NCBI RefSeq assembly: GCF_008831285.2
Contig: NC_045138.2
Coordinates: 4,092,001 to 4,156,000, forward strand
Length of the DNA: 64,000 nucleotides
Source: Nymphaea colorata
Taxonomy: Eukaryota
Direction of reading: 5' to 3'
Below the pieces are notes generated by a model. It was not told the DNA's origin, searched no databases, and saw nothing but the letters and a program-made list of their open reading frames with translations. The stretch's first letter is position 1. Each line of letters opens with the position of its first letter. The translations under genes were made by a program, and so were the position numbers. Shown in pieces: positions 33,079 to 44,031 of this stretch.

Positions 33079-33930
33079 GTGGTCATGAAATCCATAGTGG
33101 ATAATTGTTGGTTTAGGTTCATTCTTAGGCTTGGTTCTCCTAATTGGGTGTCAGTTTCAAGAACGACAGTTAAGAGAGATGTCATGAAATTATATGAAGA
33201 TGAAAAGAAGAAATTGCTTCTTGTCTTCAAGGGTGTTGAGAAGATTGCTTTGACTACAGATATGTGGACATCAAACCAACAACTTGGATATATGGCATTA
33301 ACAGCACATTTCATTGATAAAGATTGGAAGATGCAACATCGTATCATCAACTTTACCGAAGTTGAGCCACCTCATACTGGGGTAGTTTTAGCAAATGTAA
33401 TTGCTAAGCATCTTGCAGGAGTGGGAGATTAAAAAGAAAATAATATCTATTACAGTTGACAACGCTTCATCAAATGATGTTCTTGTCAGAAAATTAAAAG
33501 AAAACATGGAAAAGAGCGGCATCAACTTGTATCATGGAGGTAAATTTTTTTCATGTGCGATGTTGTGCACATATTTTGAATATAATGGTACAAGATGGGT
33601 TGAGTGCCATTAAAGATGAAATCATTAGCATTAGAGAGGCAATTAAATATATCAAAGTGTCACCTTCAAGACTTCATGGTTTTGCAGCTGCAGCTACAGA
33701 GTTGGATCTTTCAACGTCAAAGAAGTTAGTGCTAGATGTACCAACTAGATGGAATTCAACATATTTTATGTTGGAAAGAGCTCTTGTATATAAAGATGCT
33801 TTTGCAAGATATAGCATGGAAGACCCAGGTTTGGTATGGTTGCTTGGACCCGAGGATTGGGAAAAAATTGCAGTGATATGTATTTCTTTCAGGTTGAGGA
33901 CGAATCAAGTGAATATATATCATTAGAATG
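33079..33930 (+). pseudogene. hAT (Ac/RICESLEEPER-like) transposase fragment with two frameshifts
   Basis: Motifs SRTTVKRD, ALTTDMWTS, YMALTAHFID, ITVDNASSND, HVRCCAHILN and DVPTRWNSTYFML spread over ORFs 33079, 33401 and 33534. The BED finger and C-terminal dimerisation domain are missing. Confidence 0.95.
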
Positions 33931-34577
33931 ATTCAAGTTGCCTCTTGGTAATGCTTTTTTTTTGTTGTTTTGTTTTCTTTTTTTTCTTGATCTAATGTGA
34001 TTCTAGTGTCTGTTTCAGTTGCCTCTTGTAGTTTTCTAGTGTCTGTTTCTTTGATGTCTTTCACTCTTTTTTTCTGTTGCTAAGTTTGTCATCCATAGTT
34101 TCACTGTTTTTCTTGTTGAAAGCTTAGAAAGCTTTAAGTCAAACTAGTTGATATTAGTATTCCATCTCCAATGCAGAACCACGCAGGAGAGCTTTTTTTT
34201 CTTGCAGATCTCTCACTCTATGGATTGCTGCCTAATCTGATGACAGAACATTGCTACTTTACCTGTTTTGTCTCATCCATTTATTGGCACCTATGGCATA
34301 ACTTGAATGGGCATCCACACACTTTTTTGCTGTCACAATATCAGATTCTATGACTGCTGTTCCTTGTTGAATCTTAGAAGTGTAAACATTGGTTTTGTTA
34401 GAATATATATATATATATATATATATATATTCCATCACATAGTATTGTTTTGAATACATAAGCATGTACATGTGTAGATCTTTTGCATGTTTGTGTTCTT
34501 TCTCACTGTTGTTTGTGTTCTTTCTCACTGTTGTTGGTGTTCTTTCTCACTGTTGTTTGTGTTCTTTCTCATTGCAG

Positions 34578-34811
34578 TTGTTTGTGTTCTTTCTCACTGT
34601 TGTTGGTGATAGGAAGCTGAGTAAGGTAATGGTTTGTATTCTTTTGCTACTTCGGTACAAATGATCAGTTATCACTAAGCCATGCTGAATCATGTCTAAA
34701 ATTGTAAGTGTCTTTTGTTTTTTGGGTCATGGTTTTCTCCAGGTTGTTCAGGAAAATGTTAAGGAGCTGCTGTATTATGTTGTTGCTTTTCTGCAAATGA
34801 CTGAAGAGCAG
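34578..34811 (+). pseudogene. Captured importin-9-like fragment (2 exons, 1 intron)
   Basis: Exon 34578-34625 LFVFFLTVVGDRKLSK, GT-AG intron 34626-34742, exon 34743-34811 VVQENVKELLYYVVAFLQMTEEQ, then a GT donor. Resembles plant importin-9 as recalled (QLFEFLLTIV...NVKELVYYTIAFLQMTEQQ). Confidence 0.75.
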
Positions 34812-34871
34812 GTAGGTTTTGATCTCACAAGTGAATCCATATTCTATACTTTACTCAAAGATCCAGTAAGA

Positions 34872-35016
34872 GATGACAAGACTATCAAGGTTGGTTGAAT
34901 ATATAAGTGTTTGATATTACCTAAAGATGGTTGCTAATCTCTTGTGTGGGTAGGTGTGGGATGCGGTTATTGGTGCTAAACAATATACGTTTGAGGGTCA
35001 TGAAGCTCCTGTTTAG
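34872..35016 (+). pseudogene. Captured TOPLESS/TPR WD40 fragment (parts of 2 exons, 1 intron)
   Basis: DDKTIK (34872-34889), 64-nt GT-AG intron with a GCTAAT branch point, then VWDAVIGAKQYTFEGHEAPV* (34954-35016). Matches the TPL segment DDKTIKVWDAATGVKRHTFEGHEAPVYS as recalled. Confidence 0.85.
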
Positions 35017-35844
35017 GTACTTGCTTCAAAAGGGTATGTTAATCGACATACCCTCAAAAGGATGCTGAAAGGGTATGGCACCTGCGTGCTTCAGGTATGT
35101 TTTTTGGAATCGAGATGCAGATTGTGCCATAAATTTTGCTTTTTCATATTAAGTGCTCATAATACCTTTGGAATGTTTTTTCTTCTCCCCTAATGCTTTT
35201 TTTTTTACTTTGTTTCACGTTGATTGCTTCCATGTTCTACGAAGAAGTGATCCACCATTTGTCTCTTCGGCATCTTTCCTGCAGCAAGGATTCTCTTCAT
35301 TTGTACGATAACTATAGCTTGGTTAATTATGTTGTTACAAGTTGATTATGATATCTTCACATTCTTTATTGTCATATTATATGGCTTGTAGATGATTCTA
35401 TTATTTATATTTTATTAAGCTCAGTCATATTGTGCGTCTGGTTTAATAATTTCTGTTTCTATCAGATGGAAGAAATAAAAAATGTTCCAAATGTAGTTTC
35501 ATCGAAAGGGTATGTTAATCGAGCCTTAAACGAGCTCGATAAGGATACGAGTAATAATTGAGCTCACGTGTTCGAGCATTAGTCGAGCTTCACGTATTCG
35601 AGCCTTAGTCGAGCTCACGGTCGAGCTCGAGCTCAACAAGTATGGATGACTCAACTAAACGAGCTTATTGAGCTTAATCAAGCCGAGCTCGAGCTCGAGC
35701 TCGACAATTGACTATCGAGTCGAGTTCGAGCTAGGATAGTCGAGCTATAATCGATTTTGAGCCGAGTCGAGCTCATGTCTTACTTAGTTGAGCCGAGTTC
35801 GAGCTGACCGAGCTTGGGCTCGACTCGGCTCGTGTTCAGCCCTA

Positions 35845-38800
35845 GTTACGGAGACAGTTCAATATGATGTTGGAGACAAACATTATTCGACCGTCAAAGG
35901 CACTGTTCGGACCCCAGTGTTATTCCAAATGAAGCATGGCGGCTCGAAGTGTCTGTGTATAGACTACCATGCATTTCATAAGGTAACGGTCAAGAACAAA
36001 TACCCATTGCCACTCATTGTTGACTTATTCGATCAGTTGGGGAATGCACGAATCTTTTCGAAATTGAACCTTCAGTCGGGTTACTAGCAAGTCAAGATAG
36101 AAGAATAAGATGAATGAAAGACTACTTGTCTCACTCATTATGGTGCTTATGAATTCCTCGTTATATCATTCGATTGACTAATGCCCTAGTGACCTTCTCA
36201 ACATTGATGAATAAGATCTTCTACTTGTACCTTGACAACTTCATGGTGGTCGATCTTGATGATATAATGGTCATTAGTGGCAGCATGGATGAGCATGTCA
36301 GTTATTTGTAGATAGTGTTTCAAGTATTGAAGGAAAATGATCTGCACGTGAAAAAGGAGAAGTGTCACTTTGGCCAACAAGAGAACATATTTCTCGGCCA
36401 TGTTGTTGAAAAACATAACTTGGGTTTGGATGCAATCTGCTCTGAATGCTTCTGAAGGTTTGAAAAGAACTCTTGTGCCAAGGGATTGGGCTAAATTTGT
36501 ATGACCACTTAAAATAGGTTTATACTGACACTTCTGACTTTGCCATTGGCGGGTATTGATGCAGGAGGTCCTCTAATTGTTTATGAGAGCCAAAAGCTAA
36601 AGGAGGTAGAGAAGTGCTATACTACGCACAAGAGAGAAATGACTGTTATCGTACATTGCCTTTGCTTATGAAGGCATTATCTGTTGAGAGCTTAGTTTGT
36701 CATAAAGACTGACAATCTTGCCACAAGCTACTTTCAGACATAGAAGAAGTTATCTCCAAAGAAGGCTTGCTAGTAGGAATTCTTGATCGAGTTAGAGTAT
36801 AAGGGGGGAAAGACCTACATCATTGTTAATGCATTGAGTCGAAAGGCTATAACTTGCAGCAACTTAGGTAGAGTCCTTCGAAGTACAACTAGAGGGTGCT
36901 CTTCTCAAGCACGTTAGCAAAGGGATGCGATAGGATACAATACCTGGTGGCCTTGGCCGAAAAAGAGAAGACTCGAAGGTTATAGTTGCAAGATGGACTC
37001 CTCCTCACCAAAGGAGTGTCACCACCCTGGCCAAGAGCACACCCTAGCACTCCTTGAACGTGGCTATTATTGGCACAGATGTGAGATGTGTTGCAGCATA
37101 TGTGAAGATGTGTCTCATCTGCTAGCAAGATAAGGGGTTGAACTAGAAACATGTTGGCCTTTTAGAAGTGTTGCCTATTCCAGAGCATCCATGAGAAAGC
37201 CTCTCTATAAACTTCATTGTGAGTCTACCAAAAGCAGATAGCTTCAGCTCTATCTTTGTTATTGTGGAAAGGTTTTCAAAGTATGCTACCTTTATCCCAA
37301 CTTCAAATGAGTGCCCCATAGAGTACACAGTAGAGTTCTTTGTGAAGAATATAGTAAAGCACTAGGGCATGCTGATTAATTTACCCACTTTGATTACATA
37401 TCTCTTCAAATTTAGAGGGCACTGACTCACCGGAAAAGGTCAAGGCATAAAGGTACATACGCAGGCTTGCATGGATCTAATTGTGTCTTCATTCTAATGT
37501 CTTCTATCATTTTCTTCATTTGTCGGATCTTAAAAATTTAAGGACATGTTACATTTAACCTTCAAATTTTAGCTTACCGGCAGCTCCATGGTTGACACAA
37601 TGTTGCCAAAATAATTTTTGTAATTTTTTTGAAAAATTAAATCGAAAATATCAACATTATTTAAAATTAGAACAATTATTAGTATTTTAAATTTTTAAAA
37701 AGTTACATGGCATGCTCTTGAACCAGCCACTGGATTGAATTCATTTTGTCCAAACTCTTGTCCATTTAGCTTGGTGTCCAAAATTACACCCTGTTTTCCA
37801 CAATTTTCCACCCACAGACAAACAGCTAGACGGAGCGTATCAATGCCTTGTTGGAACAATATTTGTGTCACTTCATCAGTGCAAACCTGAAAATTAGGTG
37901 AAGCTACTCGATGTTCACCAATTCTGCTACAACTTGCAAAAGAGCGAGCCTTCTGGGCACAGTCCATTTGAAATAGCTATGAATTACTGATGCCACACAC
38001 TTTTGCTACCCCTGAAATGGGAAGGCCTACATTTGCCTACTGGTTTGTCAAGGACTGATAGGAGCAGACGGAACTCGTCAAGGAATTCTTGCCTAAGGCT
38101 GCCAAAAAGATATAAAAATAGGCTAACAAAGATTAACGACCTGCCGAGTTCTGAGTTGGAGACCAGGCCCTCGTGAAGCTGTATCCTAATCTCACTAGTA
38201 TCTTTCATGGGTGACATTGTGCTTTAATCTGGAAGTATGAAGGGTTATTCACTATGGCCAAGAGGATTGGGAAGTTGGCGTACAAGCTAAGTCTGTCGTC
38301 AGACTTCAAGGTGCATCTAGTGTATCACATATGTAACTTGAAACCATTTTGTGCTGATGTCGATGATCTAGAGCGAAGCCAACTGTAGTGGGAGTCAATC
38401 TTACAAAAAGCACATGCAGGTAAGTCTGCAGCCGACAAGTAGCTGGAGTAGATTTTTCGACACAAGATCAACTATATTGGAGAGCCGAAGAAGTATTTTG
38501 TCAAGTAAGCATATGAAGAGCAACTGGGAGTATGCGTTTTGAATGAAGCAACGTTACTCAAATGAAGTCAGAGCATACCATGACGCAATGGGCACCAAGG
38601 ACAGCGAATGATTTTAAAGGAGAGAGCTTAATTTCCAGTGTCTATGTTTGTATAGTCTTTTCTTTTGCTTAGAAGAACCATTTGTATATACATGTTTACT
38701 TGTATGGGAGTACCTTTCTACCAATCTGAATGTCATGTTTGGGATTTCTTATTTTGGCTGTTCAGCATGAGGATCCTTGTATAAGCCCTCGAGCACCCTT

Positions 38801-40007
38801 GAAAGTAAAGTTGAGTCAATCTACTTGCTTACTTTCTTTTGTGATGTACTGTCTTTCTAAGTGAATGAAACAGCTCATTGTAAGTTGTTCTCCTCTTTGT
38901 CTTTATTTACGCACTCTTTGTTTTCAAGTTATTTGCATACTTGCTTACCCCCTTTAAGCTTGCGGTGGTTGGGAGGGCCGTCGCACCGCTAGGCTTGGGC
39001 GCTGGGCCGAACCGCCATCGAGTACCCGGTACCCGGCCCGGTCCGGGCCCAGGTTCAGGTCATGGTTTTTCACGTTGGGCCTTAACCCGTTGTGCCGGGC
39101 CTGGCCCGACATCGTAACGGGCCAGATCTGGTGTAACCAATCGGCCCATTGGGGCCCGTTCGGCCCATTAAGTCGGATGAGTTTGAAGTTTGAACGAAAA
39201 ACATTTCGACACATCACTTACGGTTTTCGTTTGGAATTTAGAAAAAGAAAGAGCTAAGTCACTGCCACCGTTACCGCACCGCCGCCAGTCCGCCACAGCC
39301 ACCATCGACCTTTGGTCTCCACCACAGCTTGAACGTTGTTCTCCTTCAAGTAAAGGTGGCATTGATTCAAATAGGGAATCAAAGAAAATACTACTGGAAA
39401 CTTCAAGTTTCTTGCTGGATTTTCAGAAACATCATTTAGCAGTAGCAGATTTCGAGTTCTCTTTCAAACCTGAGCAAGTTTTTCAGTTTTTCGCAATTCT
39501 TCATTCAGTCGGTGGTAGATTCAATCCTAAGATTATTTATGACAAGATCCCTAACTTAAAGGAATTAAAAACCCTATATTTAATGTTGAAAATTGCATGT
39601 TACTGCCGTCAAGAGGGAGGAGAACATACACAGAGAAGCACACCTGAGACATGTACCTTTTACCAGCGAAGCAACGGTGCTGAGGAAAAGGCTCTGCCGA
39701 CCAAGACGTGATGTGAGGAAGAACATCTCACGAAGCTGCTGCTGCAACGAAGCGAGGAAGACGAGAGGAGAGAGACACCCAGCCCGGCTATCAATTTAGA
39801 AATGGGTCGGGCCGGGCCTTAAGCTGGGAAGACGAGGCCCGGTACCAGGCCCGGCCCAGCCCATTAATGAACAGACCGGGTAGCGGGTCGGTCAGATCCG
39901 GCCCGTTTTCTTAATGGCGCTTCTAAATCGGGCTGGGCCGACCCGGCCTGGCCCAATGCCCTGGCCTATGCGTTGCACGGTTTGGCGAGAACAATTGCCC
40001 CGTGACA
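35845..40007 (+). mobile_element. Decayed Ty3/Gypsy (chromovirus-like) 3' half: RT, RNase H, integrase, possible chromodomain, PPT, 3' LTR
   Basis: RT motifs [32 protein letters not shown] and VVDLDDI; integrase FHPQT; many stops. PPT at ~38616-38626; LTR ~38628-40007 ending CCCGTGACA, like the LTR end of the 15.5-20 kb element. Confidence 0.9.
38990..39968. mobile_element. Non-autonomous hAT element inserted in the Gypsy LTR
   Basis: TIRs TAGGCTTGGGCGCTGGGCC and (revcomp) TAGGCCAGGGCATTGGGCC; CCCGG subterminal repeats. The flanks CGCACCGC/TGCGTTGC differ only by transitions. Confidence 0.8.
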
Positions 40008-40303
40008 GATTATGATATAATTAAATATGGAACCGATTCGACTCTAACCAGAGTTGGCATATATCCCGATTAATGAAAAATTGGCGATAGGATCGAAGAA
40101 TGGTAGCCCAAATTGTGGCGGTGAAGGATAATCCCTTGATCGCAAATAGTTCACTTCTCCCAAGTCAATTTCATATGAATTAATGATGTGAAGTTGTCCA
40201 AATCCAATCAAGTCATAGCATGTTGTTATGCATGTTCCATGTTTGCTAAAAACACTAACAATCTACTACTTTATATATATATATATTCTTCAACACATAC
40301 ATA

Positions 40304-40336
<33 letters not shown>

Positions 40337-40337
40337 T

Positions 40338-40937
<600 letters not shown>

Positions 40938-41557
40938 GTGGCATCATGAGTATGTAAACCAAATCCAAGGATAAAATTAAAACCTCTCATGCAAAAAGCA
41001 ATTAAAGAAATGAGAGAAATGGTCATCATTTTGAGTAGGTTAAAACCAAAACAGAAGGATCTGTCAGCAAATAAAACACCAATTCAGTTCGACGACAAGG
41101 CTTCAATTAATTCCAATATCCAAATCAAACAAGTGAGAGAGAGGGAAAGAAAAGAGGCAACCAAATGGAAAATTGCATGTTTAACCAAATAATTAATTAC
41201 AATTTGTCACCGGCTTTGCAAACCAAACAATTTTACAAAATTTATCTAAAATGAAACACAAAACAGCTCAGTAATTACATGATATAACAGCACCTCTTTT
41301 TATGTATAACCTTCCCTCAATACGGTCTGTTAACTCCTTTGTCTTCAAGCTTTAAGAGGCAGGTGATCTGTTCCTTTAGATACCGTTTGGTTGCAAAAAC
41401 AATTGTTCTTAGAACACTTGTCCTTAGAACAAGTGTTCTAAAGACAAAGATTCATTGTCTATATAGACAAGTTGTAATTTTGTCCAGTGTTTGCTTATAA
41501 AGACAAAATTTTCAACTTGTCTTGTCTACCGTTTGTTTAAATAACTCGATGAACAAG

Positions 41558-44031
41558 TTAACACATAGAAGAGGTAGCAGCAAGGCCCATAGGAGTCGAC
41601 AGGATGTAGACGCCTCCTTTCTCATAGCCGCCACCAATCGTCTTCCTAGTTTGCAAGTCCTGAAATGAGCATGAATCAGGGTCAAAAATAATATGACAGT
41701 GTAAATCAGTAGTCAACTGTTTAACCGAGAGTAAATGAGATGGAAATTTAGGAGCATATAAAACATGTGGAATAGTCATAGACTTTGAGAGTTTCACATC
41801 TCCAGAACCCAATATGGGTGACAGTCTACCATCTGCAATTTTTACATGACGTGGCTGGGGAAATTTATGCAGAGTAGTAAAAGACTCGTGTCTGCTGCAA
41901 AAATGTCTTGATGCTCCTGAATCAATAATCCACGAAGTACCTGAGTCAAACATGGAAGGACCCGCTGAGAAGGCTCGATCAGTCACCGCTGTAGCAGCTG
42001 AAGCCTGTGAGGCTTTGTGTGCCAAAATTTGCTCATACTCAACTCTGTGAATGCTAACTGTCTCTGGAGCTATACTAGGCGAAGAGTCCTCCACTGTAGG
42101 AGTGGCAGTCTGTGCAGAACCCATAGACGAGTAAGTAGAGCTCTTGCCCTGTTTGGTGACCATATTTCTTCCTTGTGACAAGGAGGATGGGCGACCATGT
42201 TTATCCCAACAGCGATCCTCTAAATGACCAATCTTACCACAATAGGTGCATTGGAACCTCCCACGGCCCCCAGTTCCACGACCTATACCTCTTCCTCTTG
42301 TACTATAGGTGGAGCCATGACCACGACCACCCCCCACAGCAAGTGCAGAGGCAGGCGTCACACCAGCTGGTTGAGACAGACTAATAGCAAGACGGCTAAG
42401 TCTGTTGTACGCATCAGAGAGGTCAGGAATTTCACTTCCAGTGAGCATCTGATCCTTAGCAGCAGCATATTCAGGAGAGAGACCAGCAAGAAACTTTGCA
42501 ACCATAGTAGGTTCAAAGTGTGACTTATAACACGATTTGCACGGAGGACGCAAGAATTTCAAACGTTCATAAGTGGCTTTAACTGTGGCAAAGTATTGAG
42601 ATAAATCCTGACTTTTCTGTCGGAGATTGTGCAATTCTTCTTCAACTTGAAGGATTTTACTCACATTCTTATCTTGAGAATATGTCTGTCTAAGAAATTC
42701 TCACATCTCCTTCGCAATAGTATAGTACGTAATAGTAGAAGCAATTTGAGGTTGAACACTATTCATAATCCACGACATTACCATGTTGTCGTCCTCTTCC
42801 CAGGTTATGTACTTCCCTAACTTGTTAGTAGGCTCATCCTCTTCAATTATGTGTCTCTTTCGATGACCTTTAACAGACAACATAAAGGATCTGGACCACA
42901 GTTCATAGTTGTGTCCATCTAATTTAACTGTAGATCCATAAGAGAAGGGATTTCCACCTCCTTTGTGATCGTTACCACCCTCGGAATTTCGGCTCTCAGC
43001 CATAATAAATCACAGCAAGGATAAGAATACCAAGATAAACTGTATATAAGCAGCAACTTCACGAGGACAACAGGAATAACACGAAACGAAGGAACATGCA
43101 CACGTTTCTTTCACATCCCCAAACAGCAAATAAAAGTAGCCTGCTGAAACCACACCAGAAACGGACAGAGAATAACTTGCTGAAAATAGTGACTTGCTGA
43201 AAATAGCCTGCTGAAAAACACACCAGAAAATAACAACTTGCTGGAAATAGCTTGCTGAAAAACACGCCAGACAAGAACAGGGAATACAGCCTGCTGAAAA
43301 ACACGCCAGAAAATAACTTGCTGAAAAAAAACCTTACAAACAAGGTCTGCCGCTGCTTCTACCATTCCCAACCTCAACTCTTAAACAGCACGTCCATATC
43401 TTTCGTAAAAAAAAATCAGCAAAACATGTTCTGCGTCACCAAAACTTCTGATCATACCTTACACCGCAGCCACTAACAGCATAACGTTCCACTCAAATAC
43501 TCTCAACAGCGTCCATCAACAGCCCATAACCTTGTCCACGCACTCCACTAGAGGATCTGATCACGCCTTCCACATAGGCGAGATCAGGTCCTCTTCCACG
43601 CAAGAAGAAAAATAGGGGAAACCAGCGATCACGCCAGCAACAACTTGAGATGCTCACGTACAAGAAGTCTGAGACGATTGGTTCATGCCAGCAGACTTGA
43701 AGGTTCACGCCAGCAGACTGAATCAATACCGCAACAAGGAAGGCACGAGAGGAGCACGCCAGCAAACTTGAGTCGATCACACCAGCGTAGGCTCTGATAC
43801 CATGTTACGTGATGAAGAAGGGGAGAACGAGAGAGGGAGAGAGAGAGAGAGAGAGAGACGAAAAAGATATATTGATCTCGTGCTCTAATCTCAACTTAAA
43901 GGGAGATTAGGGCACGGCTGAGGCAGTTACAAGAGAAGGACAAATAAAATATTAAAAGGACAGAAAGGAACCCTAACTCTTAAATAGTCAAATAACTACC
44001 ACATTTAAAAACAAACTTTCTAATTTCAACA
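41558..44031 (-). mobile_element. Ty1/Copia element A, 3'-truncated: 5' LTR 43803-44031, PBS, gag-protease
   Basis: PBS-Met at 43791-43802; LTR TGTTAC...TTCAACA. ORF from ATG 43003 with one in-frame TGA (42701-42703); zinc knuckle CTYCGKIGHLEDRC; protease WIIDSGASRH. Tandem repeats in the leader at 43120-43330. Confidence 0.93.

Larger units (their letters stand above)
33079..35844 (+). mobile_element. 5'-truncated hAT derivative with captured gene fragments
   Basis: Transposase remnant, then exon/intron-like cargo, then dense CGAGCTCGAGC subterminal repeats (35520-35830) and the terminus GCTCGTGTTCAGCCCTA (revcomp TAGGGCTGAACACGAGC) at 35844. Confidence 0.75.

Noticed and set aside
37366..37716. 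GGCATGCT direct repeat as the TSD of the AT-rich insert in the Gypsy integrase
   Set aside because: Integrase homology resumes only at ~37793, so the repeat does not bound the insert.
43120..43330. Regularly spaced repeats superficially like a CRISPR array
   Set aside because: Eukaryotic retrotransposon leader repeats with no unique spacers and no cas genes.
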